Under the pieces are notes generated by a model. The model saw only the letters and a list, made by a program, of their open reading frames with translations. It made no database searches and had not been told where the DNA came from. A program made the position numbers and the translations under genes. From Planctomycetota bacterium (GTDB lineage: Bacteria; Planctomycetota; PLA2; JAEUHO01), in assembly GCA_965223505.1 (NCBI GenBank), contig CBDCWP010000044.1, positions 192,001-256,000 of the forward strand: a DNA stretch of 64,000 bases, written 5' to 3'. This document shows positions 31,962-41,617 of the stretch, in pieces (position 1 is the first letter of the stretch; each line of letters starts with the position of its first letter).

Positions 31962-34916
31962 ATGTGGTCGAGAAGCCCTGCCCGGGTTCTCCTCGTAGCG
32001 GCCATTTTCTGGGCGCCGCAGCCGATCTCCGCCGACGCCGACCGCGTCAACGACGTCGTCGCGGCCATCCGCGAGGCCCACGAGCGGGGGGACCGCGCCA
32101 CGATCGAATATCGGGCGAAGTCCACCAAGAGCGACCTGTGGTTGGTCGTCGAGCACCTGATCGCGACCGGAGCGATCGACGCGGCGGAGGTCGCTGCCAA
32201 GGCGGTGACGGATCGGGGCCTCTACAAGAAGCTCGCCGCGTACGTCGCCTGGCGCCGCGAGCATCCGATCACCGCCGAGCAGTTCTGGGCCTTCAACAAG
32301 ACGGTCGTCCTGGCCGTGCGTGGCGAGCGGGAGGAGGCGCTCGAGCGGTTGGGTGGGCACGCCGACCTGGACGGCGTGACCGGGGCGCGCGTCGTGCACA
32401 CACGCGCCTCCATCTACGCGTCGCAGAAGCGGCCGCCGAAGGAGCTGATCGAGGCGTACGAGCGGTCGGCGGAGGCGGCGACCGAGATCGGTTGGGTCGG
32501 GGCCGCATTCCATCACCATCAAAAGGGAATCGAGATCGCGAACAAGGCGGGGCTTCACGAGACCGCCATCGAGCTGGCGCTCGCCTCGCTGAAGATCGTC
32601 GAAGAGGCGGGGATCCGTTGGTCGCGGCGGTACATGCACTGGGCCGCGTCGCGCGGGTTCCAGAAGTCGAGCAGGTACGACCTGGCCATCGCGCACGCGA
32701 AGTCGTCTCTCGAGCTGTCGCAGGGGCCGAAGGAACAGCGCTATGCGCTGCGACACCTCATCTCGCTCGAGATCGCGGCGGGGTACCGGCGCGACGCGCG
32801 CAAGCACTTGATGGCGGTGCGAGGGCTCGACGATGCGCTGAACACGCCGAGTGCGGTCGCCGCGAACGATCTGCATCTCGCCTCTCTCGACGCCATGGAA
32901 GGGCGCTTCACGTCGGCGCTCGCGAAGCTGGACACCGTACTCTCGTACTTCGAGACGCACGGCTCCAAGGGCGAGATCCGGGGCGCGAACCTCCACGCCG
33001 GGAAGGTCTGGTTGCACCTGCGCGACTGGCCGCGGGCGCGGGAACATCTGCGTCGCGCACGCGAGGCGGGGAGGGGGCTCGGATACAACGACGCGGCGCT
33101 GCTGCATTTCGAGGCGCTGGCATTTCTCCAGGAGGGCAAGCCCGTCGACGCCGAGCGGGCAATCCGCGCCTCGATTGCCGAAGCCGACACTGCGTCGGCG
33201 GACGCGCGGATCCAGGGGCGCCTCACCCTCGCGTCGGCGTTGATCGATCAGGGTCGGGCGAAAGAGGCGCTGGCGGAGATCGAAGTCGCCAAGGGACTGC
33301 TCACCGCCAAGACGTCTACGGCGACGCGCATCCACCTTCTGTCGAGCGAGTGCATGGTGCTCGTGGCGTTGGGAGCGTTCGATCGAGCGATCGAGGTCGG
33401 CGAGGGCGCGCAGAAGCTGTTCACCCCGGGGCTGGCGGGCCCGCTGGACGCGCTGCTCGAGACGCGACTCGCGACGGCGTGGCTGGCCAAGGGCGAACCC
33501 CGTCGCGCGCTGGACGCGCTGCGTCTCGCGATCAAGCTGATCGTTCGGGCATCGAGCGGCCTTCCGGACGCCGTCGGGGCGCAGCATCGCTCCGAGATGG
33601 CGGACATGTTCGCGCTCGCGGTGGCGGCGGCCGCCGCCGTCCCCGATCCGGCGATGCTGTTCGAGCTCTCCGAGACGGCGCGCGCCGTCGCGCTGAGAAC
33701 GAGGATGGACGCGGGTGAGATCGTGCACCGATCGCTTTCTCCCGAGCTGGCCGAGCGCGAGGTCGAGCTCGAAGAGGCGGAGATCCGTGCCGTCGGTTCG
33801 TACCGCGCCGCGTTGGTGACCGGCGCCGGGGGCGATGCTCGCAAGGCGTTGGCGCAGCTGAATCGTGTGCGCGAGGACCTCGAGCGTCACAAAGAGCTGA
33901 TTCGCGCGCGTGATGCGGTCGTCGGACAGGTCCTGAGTCCGAAGGTCGACAGCCTGGCGGAGACGGTATCGCGTCTCGACGCGGGCACGGCGATCGTCGT
34001 GTACGCGCGGGGCATGAAGGCCGTCCATGCCTTGGTCCTCACGAGGGCAGCGTCCCGACTCGTGTCGCTGGGCAGTCGGCAGCAGATCGAAGCGCTCATT
34101 CGCGGCAGCGCGTTCGAGGACGTCACGTCCTCGCCGCAGGAGACCCACGCCAAGATGCGTACCACCTTGATCGAGCCGCTTCGCCTCCCTGCGGATGCCA
34201 AGCAGGTTCGCATCGTCCCCGGCGGCGACATTGCGTGGGTTCCGTTCGCCGCGTTGCTGCCGGAGCGCGACGTCGTCCTCCTGCCGTCGGTCACGGTCGG
34301 GCGCATGCTGGCACAGCGGTCGGAGAAGGCCGGCGGCGTGCTGGCGGTGGGGGACGCGCGGCCCGCGCTCGGCGCCGCGTTGCCTGCAACGGAGGTCGAG
34401 GCGCACGCCATCGGACACCGCGTCCTGGTCGGCGACGGGGCGACGGAAGAGGCGTTGCGCGCCGCGCTGGAACGCGACGCCGCATGGCGGTCCGTGCACC
34501 TGGCCTGTCACGGGCTGATCGATCCCGTGCACTCGTTGCGCTCGGCGCTCTCGCTACGGCCGTCGAAAGGCTACGACGGCCTGTGGACCGTTTCCGAGAT
34601 CCTCGAGGCGTCCGTTCGATCGGAGCTCGTAGCCCTTTCCGCGTGCTCCACCGCCCGCGGCAAGGCCTTTCAGCAGGAGGGGATCGTCGGGTTCGTACAC
34701 GCGTTCCTGGTGTCGGGTGCGAAGCGCGTGCTCGTGAGCCTCTGGGACGTCGACGACGAGGCGACGGCGGAGCTCATGCGTCGGTTCTATGCCGCGTGGC
34801 AGCCCGGAACCGACGCCGCGACCGCGCTGCGCATCGCGCAGACCGCCGTGCGCGCCCAACAGCGTTGGAAGCACCCCGCGTTCTGGGCGGGTTGGCAGCT
34901 GTGGGGCGTGCCGTAG
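31962..34916 (+). CDS. Exported TPR-CHAT (caspase-like) protease
   Basis: Signal peptide; TPR-like helices; catalytic VHLACHG and LSACSTA; SLWDVDD; HPAFWAGW. Confidence 0.9.
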   Translation: MWSRSPARVLLVAAIFWAPQPISADADRVNDVVAAIREAHERGDRATIEYRAKSTKSDLWLVVEHLIATGAIDAAEVAAKAVTDRGLYKKLAAYVAWRREHPITAEQFWAFNKTVVLAVRGEREEALERLGGHADLDGVTGARVVHTRASIYASQKRPPKELIEAYERSAEAATEIGWVGAAFHHHQKGIEIANKAGLHETAIELALASLKIVEEAGIRWSRRYMHWAASRGFQKSSRYDLAIAHAKSSLELSQGPKEQRYALRHLISLEIAAGYRRDARKHLMAVRGLDDALNTPSAVAANDLHLASLDAMEGRFTSALAKLDTVLSYFETHGSKGEIRGANLHAGKVWLHLRDWPRAREHLRRAREAGRGLGYNDAALLHFEALAFLQEGKPVDAERAIRASIAEADTASADARIQGRLTLASALIDQGRAKEALAEIEVAKGLLTAKTSTATRIHLLSSECMVLVALGAFDRAIEVGEGAQKLFTPGLAGPLDALLETRLATAWLAKGEPRRALDALRLAIKLIVRASSGLPDAVGAQHRSEMADMFALAVAAAAAVPDPAMLFELSETARAVALRTRMDAGEIVHRSLSPELAEREVELEEAEIRAVGSYRAALVTGAGGDARKALAQLNRVREDLERHKELIRARDAVVGQVLSPKVDSLAETVSRLDAGTAIVVYARGMKAVHALVLTRAASRLVSLGSRQQIEALIRGSAFEDVTSSPQETHAKMRTTLIEPLRLPADAKQVRIVPGGDIAWVPFAALLPERDVVLLPSVTVGRMLAQRSEKAGGVLAVGDARPALGAALPATEVEAHAIGHRVLVGDGATEEALRAALERDAAWRSVHLACHGLIDPVHSLRSALSLRPSKGYDGLWTVSEILEASVRSELVALSACSTARGKAFQQEGIVGFVHAFLVSGAKRVLVSLWDVDDEATAELMRRFYAAWQPGTDAATALRIAQTAVRAQQRWKHPAFWAGWQLWGVP

Positions 34917-34925
34917 GCGGACCGC

Positions 34926-35735
34926 CTACTTGCCGAAGCCGATGCCCTTCAGCTTGTCGAGCGCCTTCTCTTTGAGCGCATCCGTCTCGGGCGTGCCGCC
35001 GCCGGGCAGCGCGAGCCCGTCCAACGCGTCGGCGCACGCCTGCTTCAGGCCCGTCAGCGACGTGAGCCGTCCGTCGAGCGTGCCCTGCACGAGCCCCGGC
35101 AGCTTGCCGGTTGCCGAAGCGCGCTTCAGGATCGACTCGATGAGAATGCCGGCGAGCTCGGAGAGCAATACGCCTTTGTCCGACTCCGTGCCGACGTCGT
35201 TCAGCTCGATCTTCTCGATGGGGATCTTCACCTCGCCGAGGTTGAGCTGCTTGACCGGCAACACCGACACGACCGTGTCTTCGATCACGAGCTTCTCGAT
35301 GATGAAGCGCTTGCCCTCGCTGTCGTCCTTGCTCGTGCCCTGAAATGCGGCGAGGTTCTCGAGAATCGTCCCGTAGTTCGATCGCTTCAGGTCCTGGATG
35401 AGCCGGATGCGGGGGCCGGTGAGCGTCAGCTGCGGGACCGCGACCACGTCGTCCATGAGCGACGAGAGCGAAACCTCGACCGCGCCGTTGCCCAGCTCGA
35501 AGAAGTTCGTCGCCGGATAGCCCTCGGGATTGGCAACGGCGAGATCGTCGAGCGAGACCGTGCCGCTGAAGAAGCCCACGTCGACGTCGTCGGCGGTGGT
35601 CGCCACTCCGAGCGCCTTCGATCCGGCCTTCTCGATGCCGGCTTTCGCCAGATCGTCGGCGTAGATGCCCACGACGACGAGGCCGACGATCAGGAGGACG
35701 ACGAGTCCGATGACGAGCTTGAGGAGGCGTTTCAT
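34926..35735 (-). CDS. AsmA-like/DUF748-like protein
   Basis: N-terminal TM; LAVANPEGY; SN..ILENL. Confidence 0.65.
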   Translation of the reverse strand: MKRLLKLVIGLVVLLIVGLVVVGIYADDLAKAGIEKAGSKALGVATTADDVDVGFFSGTVSLDDLAVANPEGYPATNFFELGNGAVEVSLSSLMDDVVAVPQLTLTGPRIRLIQDLKRSNYGTILENLAAFQGTSKDDSEGKRFIIEKLVIEDTVVSVLPVKQLNLGEVKIPIEKIELNDVGTESDKGVLLSELAGILIESILKRASATGKLPGLVQGTLDGRLTSLTGLKQACADALDGLALPGGGTPETDALKEKALDKLKGIGFGK

Positions 35736-35833
35736 GGGCGGCATCGTAGGGACCGGGATGACGGAGGACCCGTTCCTTCCGATCGCTCGCCCGACGGACT
35801 GGCGCCCGCGCCGCCGACGCGTATCCTCCCCGC

Positions 35834-36247
35834 ATGCGAACCCTCTCCTCCCTGGTCCTGATCGCGTGCGTCGTCGCGGCGTGCGGCGAGGCCGACAAGA
35901 CCTCCGAGCCCGAGACGCCGGCGCCGAGCGGCAAGCTCCGCGTCGAGTACTACGAGATCAGCAAGCAGTGACCTTTCTGCCAGAACATCGTGCGTGCGGT
36001 CGGCACGCTGCAGGAAGATCCTGCGTACAAGGACAAGATCGAGAGCGAGATCGTTTCGATGAGCTCGGAGAAGGGCAAGGCGTCCGACGCGCTCTACGAC
36101 TGGGGCGACCGGATGCACGGACTCGTCGTGCTCGGACCCGACGGCGACGTGCAGGCCGTGCTCAAGGGACACTCGTGGGGCGGCCGCGACGACGTGTCCA
36201 TTGCTTTGAACAAACTGAAAGAGACGATCGACCCGCTCTTGAAGTGA
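35834..36247 (+). CDS. Putative selenoprotein: thioredoxin-like lipoprotein with U-P-F-C (in-frame TGA 35969-35971)
   Basis: MRTLSSLVLIACVVAAC lipobox..RVEYYEISKQ-TGA-PFCQNIVRAV continues in frame into the 35990 ORF; SECIS-like hairpin downstream. Confidence 0.85.
35973..36017 (+). promoter_or_regulatory. SECIS-like hairpin
   Basis: Upper stem GCGTGC/GCACGC, loop GGTCG at +27; lower stem CTTTCTGC/GCAGGAAG. Confidence 0.7.
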
Positions 36248-36583
36248 AACGACCGGTGCGCTCGTGAACCGACGGATGTATCGGATTCGATGGGCTCGTC
36301 GCCGCGCCGGCCGTCTTGACGCACCTCTCTTGTTTAAAGTCTGCGGGAGAACATCGGTTACGGGGGCCACGAGAAAAGCATTGCCAACCGGGGGAGAGTT
36401 CCGGTCGTATGAGCAAGGAAGCGAGCACGGGCAGAGAGCCCTAGGTGAAGAAACATGCCCCCCCCAGCAGAATTGAAGCCGCATGACGAAGTCGGACTGG
36501 CAGGAGGACTACGAGCCTCTGAGTGAGCCAAGCCGGCGGGGAGGGCTGGCAACTCCCTCTGCCCCATTTTTCGAAGGACTTGC

Positions 36584-36931
36584 ATGGCACCGATCACGCT
36601 GACGAGACGAACGTTCATGGCCGCGACCGGCGCGACCGTGGGCGCGATCGCGCTCGTGGGATGCGGCGGCGGCTCGACGCCGACCGCGACGCCGATCGAT
36701 ACCAGCAAGGCGTGGCGGCTGTCCGGCGCGAGGCGCCGGATCTCCAACGCCGCCAAGAGCCACAACGCCAACAAGGTCTTCGCAACCCCCCTGGCGGCCC
36801 ATGTGGGCCGCGCGCACCCCGGCGACACGTCCAAGATCGTTCCGATGGACGTCAATCCGAACACGTGGTTGAAGCACTTCGGCGCCGGCGACCCTTGCGT
36901 CGACCTGCGTCAGATCGGCGACAAGCTGTAG
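36584..36931 (+). CDS. Tat-exported small lipoprotein, unknown function
   Basis: TRRTFM twin-arginine motif; lipobox LVGC-GGG; GAAGGA RBS. Confidence 0.75.
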   Translation: MAPITLTRRTFMAATGATVGAIALVGCGGGSTPTATPIDTSKAWRLSGARRRISNAAKSHNANKVFATPLAAHVGRAHPGDTSKIVPMDVNPNTWLKHFGAGDPCVDLRQIGDKL

Positions 36932-36934
36932 CCG

Positions 36935-37627
36935 CTACTTCGGGTTCGTCGCCCAGAGCGTCGCTTCCGTGATGAAGCCGCGGTCGTGCATCGCGAGCAT
37001 GTCGACGATCATCTGCGCGACGTCGATCGCCTGGAGCTTCGTCGGGTTCTCCGGCCGTTCGCGCCCGCCGAAGCCGGTCTGCACCTCGCTCGGGTTGACC
37101 TGCATGACGCGCACATCGTGCTCCCGCAGCTCCGCGCGCCAGCACTCCGTCAATGCCGTGAGCGCAAACTTGCTCGCCGCGTAGGCGCCGCCGCCCTTGA
37201 AGCCCTTGCGCGCCGCCGTCGAGGCGACATTGACGATGTGACCGCTCGACTGGCTGATGAAGTGCTTCGCCGCGGCGCGCGCGACGAAGTAGGCGCCGAG
37301 CACGTTGACGCGTAGCGTCTTCTCGAAGTCGTCTCCGTCGCTGTCGACGAGCAGACCGAAGGTGCCGATCGCGGCGTTGTTGATCAAGACGTCCAGGCCG
37401 CCGAGCTCCGCGATCGCTTCGCTGACCATCATGTTCGCGTGGTCCTCGCGACCGACGTCGGCCTGGATCGGGTGGACGCCCAACTCCTCGGCCGCTTCGC
37501 GCAGCGCGGTCTCGTCGCGGCCGCAGATCGCCACGTCGGCGCCCTTGCCGTGGAGCATGCGCGCGGTCTCCTTGCCGATGCCGCGGCTGCCGCCGGTGAT
37601 GAGTACGCGGGCGTTCGAGAGATCCAT
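36935..37627 (-). CDS. SDR family oxidoreductase
   Basis: TGGSRGIG, NNAAIG, YAASK. Confidence 0.95.
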   Translation of the reverse strand: MDLSNARVLITGGSRGIGKETARMLHGKGADVAICGRDETALREAAEELGVHPIQADVGREDHANMMVSEAIAELGGLDVLINNAAIGTFGLLVDSDGDDFEKTLRVNVLGAYFVARAAAKHFISQSSGHIVNVASTAARKGFKGGGAYAASKFALTALTECWRAELREHDVRVMQVNPSEVQTGFGGRERPENPTKLQAIDVAQMIVDMLAMHDRGFITEATLWATNPK

Positions 37628-37694
37628 GCCGTGCTCCGTGTCGTCCAGGTGCGGGATTCGCTATTCTGCGTTCGGTCGGAAGGAGGGACGAACG

Positions 37695-37952
37695 ATGGCC
37701 GGTATCGAATGGGCCGTTCTGATCCTCCAGGGCTACGTCGCGGCCGGCTTCCTCTTCGCCGTGCCGTTCGCCTTCGTCGGCGCCAAGCGCATCGACCCGG
37801 CGGCCGCCGAGGGAACGCTCGGGTTCCGACTGCTGATCATCCCCGGCGCGGCCCTGCTTTGGCCGCTGTTGATTCGACCGTGGTTGCAAGGCGCGGCGTA
37901 CCGCCCGGCGATTCGTGACGCGCACCGCGACGCGGCGGACACGGACGCATGA
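37695..37952 (+). CDS. Small membrane protein, first gene of a 4-gene operon
   Basis: AGGAGG RBS; two hydrophobic segments; FRLLIIPG..LWP. Confidence 0.7.
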   Translation: MAGIEWAVLILQGYVAAGFLFAVPFAFVGAKRIDPAAAEGTLGFRLLIIPGAALLWPLLIRPWLQGAAYRPAIRDAHRDAADTDA

Positions 37953-38368
37953 TCCGGCGGCTGCGGCGGCAACATCGCGTCACGTTCCTGATCCTGGCGG
38001 TCTTGCTTCCGGCCGTGGTCGTGGCTGCGGTCCTGGCGCGACCCGAGCTGCCGCCGGAGCCGGAACAGCTTGCGTGGCGCGACCAGCGCCCCGGGGGCCG
38101 GACGACGTTCGAGATCGCACAGGAGTCCGGCTGGATCACGCTCACCCGCACATCCGCCTGCGGTGCGCCGGACCTGCTCCTCTACTGGGCGCCCGAACCG
38201 GGCCGGACGGGAGAGGCGGGGCTGCCCGAAGGTGCTCGCCTGCTCGGGACCCTCCCGCCGCAGCCCGACATGCGCGTTCGCCTGAGCGAGACCGGGGGAC
38301 ACGTGATCCTCTACAGCCTGGGTCATCGGGTCGTTCACGCGACGCGAGCGCTGGAGGCAGGTCGATGA
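37949..38368 (+). CDS. Membrane-anchored hypothetical protein
   Basis: ATGA overlaps on both sides; TM; PDLLLYW..LLG..LYSLGH. Confidence 0.7.
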   Translation: MIRRLRRQHRVTFLILAVLLPAVVVAAVLARPELPPEPEQLAWRDQRPGGRTTFEIAQESGWITLTRTSACGAPDLLLYWAPEPGRTGEAGLPEGARLLGTLPPQPDMRVRLSETGGHVILYSLGHRVVHATRALEAGR

Positions 38369-39399
38369 GCGTGAACTACCGCGCCGTCGGCTGGAATCGC
38401 CAGAAGCGCATCTACGACCTCGTGATGCTGGCCAGCGTTGGGGTATTCCTGATCGGCTTCACCGCCCTAGGTCGCATCGTCGATCCCAATCTCACGTCGA
38501 TCACACTGATGATCAGGGCGACGGCGGTGGCGGCGTTCGTTCTGCTTCACGTCACGCTGTCGATCGGACCGCTGTGCCGCTTGGACCCCCGCTTCCTTCC
38601 GTTGCTCTACAACCGGCGCCACATGGGTGTGACCGTGTTTGCCCTGGCGGCCGTTCACGCGTTCCTGGTCTACGCGCAGTTCCACGCCAATGGCGTGCTG
38701 CATCCGCTCGTGAGCATCCTCGTGGGGAGCGACCGCTACGACAGCCTCGCATGGTTCCCCTTCCAGCCGCTCGGCCTCGGTGCCTTGATCATCTTGCTGC
38801 TCATGGCAGCGACGAGCCACGACTTCTGGCTGCGAAACCTCACCGCCCCTGTGTGGAAGGCGCTGCACATGCTCGTGTATCTGGCGTACGCGCTCGCCGT
38901 CGCGCACGTCGCACTCGGCGCGCTCCAGCCCGAGCGAAGTCCCGTGCTGCTTGCGCTCCTCGGGCTCGGCGTGGCGTGGATCGTCGGACTCCATGCCTTG
39001 TCGGCGACTCGCCATCGAGTGATCGCGCCCGATACCGGCGACGACTTCGTCGATGTAGCGGCGGTGAGCGAGATCGCCGACAAGCGCGCAAAGATCGTCG
39101 AGATCTCCGGAGAGCGGGTCGCGGTGTTTCGCGACGGCAACCGGATCAGCGCCGTTTCCAACGTCTGCCAGCACCAGAGCGGGCCGCTGGGAGAGGGGCG
39201 CATCGGGAAGAACGGGTGCATCGCCTGCCCCTGGCATGGCTACGAGTACGAGCCGGCGACGGGCGCTTCGCCACCGCCGTTCACGGAGCGTATCCCGACG
39301 TTCAACGTTCGCGTCGAAGGAGATCGGGTCCTCGTGCATCCGCGACCGAACGCACCGGGCACGCGTGTCGAGCCCGCCGTCGTGGAGGGCGTCCGATGA
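38365..39399 (+). CDS. Ferric-reductase-like (MsrQ-type) TM domain fused to Rieske [2Fe-2S] domain
   Basis: NRRHMGV, AATSHD, WKALHMLVY..H; Rieske CQHQSGPL and CPWHG. Confidence 0.88.
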   Translation: MSVNYRAVGWNRQKRIYDLVMLASVGVFLIGFTALGRIVDPNLTSITLMIRATAVAAFVLLHVTLSIGPLCRLDPRFLPLLYNRRHMGVTVFALAAVHAFLVYAQFHANGVLHPLVSILVGSDRYDSLAWFPFQPLGLGALIILLLMAATSHDFWLRNLTAPVWKALHMLVYLAYALAVAHVALGALQPERSPVLLALLGLGVAWIVGLHALSATRHRVIAPDTGDDFVDVAAVSEIADKRAKIVEISGERVAVFRDGNRISAVSNVCQHQSGPLGEGRIGKNGCIACPWHGYEYEPATGASPPPFTERIPTFNVRVEGDRVLVHPRPNAPGTRVEPAVVEGVR

Positions 39400-40148
39400 A
39401 CGACGACTTCTACGTCGGCTATCACAAGCAGGCCGCGCCGCGCGTTGCTTCCTTCCTGCGCAAGGCGGTGCCCGTCGTGGTGGTCACCGCGCTCGTCGTC
39501 GGCGTCGTTGCGCTCACGGCCCATCGAAGGGTCGAAGTGTCCGTCTACGAGGCGCGAGAGATCCGTGAGCTCGAAGGTGTCATCCAGGAAGCGCCCTACC
39601 CGATGCTCCTCGTGGAGCGCCCGGGGCAGGCGGCGTCGGCGGCGCCCTACTCACGCTATCTGATCGTTCGATCGGGGCGGTACGGCGCAGCCGAGGACGT
39701 ACGCGGCCTGAACGGTCGTCGTGCCCGAGTTCCGGCACGGCTCATCTACCGGGGCAATCACACCGTCCTCCAGCTTGCGGGACCGATCGAGCCGCTCGAC
39801 GGCCCCGTCGTCGTGCCTCCGGATCCCGTGCGTGTCCATGACGTAGCTGTCGTGGGGGAGGTCGTGGACGGCAAGTGCTACCTCGGCCGCATGAGCCCCG
39901 GCGGAACGAAGGTCCATCGCGGGTGCGCGGCGCAGTGCATTCGCGGCGGCATCCCGCCGATCCTCGCCTCGATCGACCCGAGCGGCGTGCCCATGTACTT
40001 CCTGCTGACCTCCCCTGACGGGGCGCCGGTCAAGGACGCAGTCATCCCGTTCGTTGCAGAGCGCGTCCGCGTACGTGGCAGCTGGTATCGCCATGGAGAT
40101 CTCTACGAACTTCGCGCGGATCCGTCGACGTACGAGCGCGTGCCCTAG
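39396..40148 (+). CDS. Membrane-anchored protein with Cys/His motif
   Basis: GEVVDGKCYLG..HRGCAAQCIRGGIP; ATGA overlap. Confidence 0.75.
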   Translation: MNDDFYVGYHKQAAPRVASFLRKAVPVVVVTALVVGVVALTAHRRVEVSVYEAREIRELEGVIQEAPYPMLLVERPGQAASAAPYSRYLIVRSGRYGAAEDVRGLNGRRARVPARLIYRGNHTVLQLAGPIEPLDGPVVVPPDPVRVHDVAVVGEVVDGKCYLGRMSPGGTKVHRGCAAQCIRGGIPPILASIDPSGVPMYFLLTSPDGAPVKDAVIPFVAERVRVRGSWYRHGDLYELRADPSTYERVP

Positions 40149-41185
40149 CCGCCGTCGATTACCGACATGGGCTGGACCGACAGCGAGCTGAACCGCTGCG
40201 TCTTGCCGTCGAGCTTCTGGTCGAGGATCTTCTCGAAGACCGCCTGCTTCCACTCCAGAGGCGTACGTGGACTCGTTGCCGCGATCGCGTCGTGGATCTG
40301 GATCGAATAGAGCCACAGGCCGCCGGGCTCGACGACGGTGATGGTCTCCGATGAGAGACCGATGCCGGACTTCGACAACAGCGCGACGCTCATCACGTCG
40401 TCGGCCGTCGCGCCCATGGCCAGCCGCTGCTTCAGCTTCCGATGCGCGGCGGAGACGATCGACTCCGCGAACTCGGGCGTGATCTCGTGTTGGGCCGCGA
40501 TCTCGTCTCGGCGCTTGCGGTTGTAGTCCTCGATCGCGTGATCGGGCGCGCCCTTCGAGCTCTCATAGAAGGCCGCCGCGCGCTCGATGGCCGCGAGGGT
40601 CACGGCCGGCGACTGCAGCGCCGGCAGGCAGTCGAAGACCATGCCGTCGGGACGGCAGAAATACAGCGCGATCTCGCCGCCGATCGTGCCGCGAACGCTC
40701 TTGCCGTCGCCCAGGTCGAACTCGGCGATGGCCACGGGCGAGACGGACTCCCAGACCGGGGTGAAGGACTTGCTGACCGCGTCGATGATCCGGCGATCCG
40801 AGAACGTCACGGTTCTCGCAAGCTTGCCGTTCGCTCAGCAGAACTCCTCGTCGAACTTCCCGAAGAGGTGCAAGACCATCAGCGGCTTGTCTCCGCCCTT
40901 GGCTTCCTCCACGGAGCGCCGCCAGAGCAGGCGGCCGTCGCCACCCCACTGGCCGGTGATCTTCGAGAGCGCGCGCCGGCTGTGAACCTGCACCTTCACG
41001 CTGTCGCTCTCGAGTCCCGCCTGCAGGTCGGGAATCGCGTCTGCCCCCTTGGCGGCCCACGCCTGCACGGCGGCGCGCGCAACCTCCGGGTCGCCGCGGA
41101 ACTCGGCGAACGGCTGTTCACTCTGCGCATCACCGCAGGCGGCGAGCGCGACCAAGGCGATACAGGCGAGCACGGCGTGCTTCAT
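40145..41185 (-). CDS. Putative selenoprotein: Selenoprotein-N-like lipoprotein with C-U (in-frame TGA 40835-40837)
   Basis: Lipobox LAAC; KPLMVLHLFGKFDEEFC-TGA-ANGKLARTVTFSDRRIIDAVSKSFTPVWESV joins the two ORF-track pieces in frame; SECIS-like hairpin. Confidence 0.85.
40791..40829 (-). promoter_or_regulatory. SECIS-like hairpin
   Basis: Stem CGAGAAC/GTTCTCG, loop CGTGAC at +24; lower CGGC/GCCG. Confidence 0.65.
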
Positions 41186-41269
41186 GGCGGCCTCCCAACG
41201 GGCTGAGGACTCAGCCTGCCTGTGGAAACGAGCGGCGGTCGCAAAGAGTTCGCAAAACCCCGGAAGCGA

Positions 41270-41617
41270 TCATCCGCCCGCGCGCTTGACGGTCCAGCCG
41301 CGCGCTTCGAGCACGCCGACGAGCGCGTCGCGGTGATCACCCTGGATCTCGATCGTGTCGCCTTTGACGGCCCCGCCGGCGCCGCAGCGCGCCTTGAGCT
41401 GCTTGGCAAGCTGCTTGAGATCGGCGCCCGCCAGCGGAACGCCGGTGATGACGGTCACGCCCTTGCCCTTGCGGCCCTTCGTCGATCGGGAAACGCGCAC
41501 GATGCCGTCGCTCGGCGCGCCCGTGGAGGACGCCTTCTGCTTGCACCGGCACGCCGTCACGAGCCGGTTGCAATCCGGGCACATGCGGCCGTGATCGGTC
41601 GAGTAGACGCGCCGCAT
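41270..41617 (-). CDS. yciH: SUI1/YciH translation initiation factor
   Basis: GRKGKGVTVITG, LKARCGAGGAVK, IEIQGDHRD; N-terminal CPDC..CRC. Confidence 0.92.
   Translation of the reverse strand: MRRVYSTDHGRMCPDCNRLVTACRCKQKASSTGAPSDGIVRVSRSTKGRKGKGVTVITGVPLAGADLKQLAKQLKARCGAGGAVKGDTIEIQGDHRDALVGVLEARGWTVKRAGG

Noticed and set aside
36455..36586. ATG..TGA (36524)..in frame with the Tat lipoprotein, followed by a hairpin
   Set aside because: Atypical codon usage, no redox motif, and the Tat signal needs to be N-terminal at 36584
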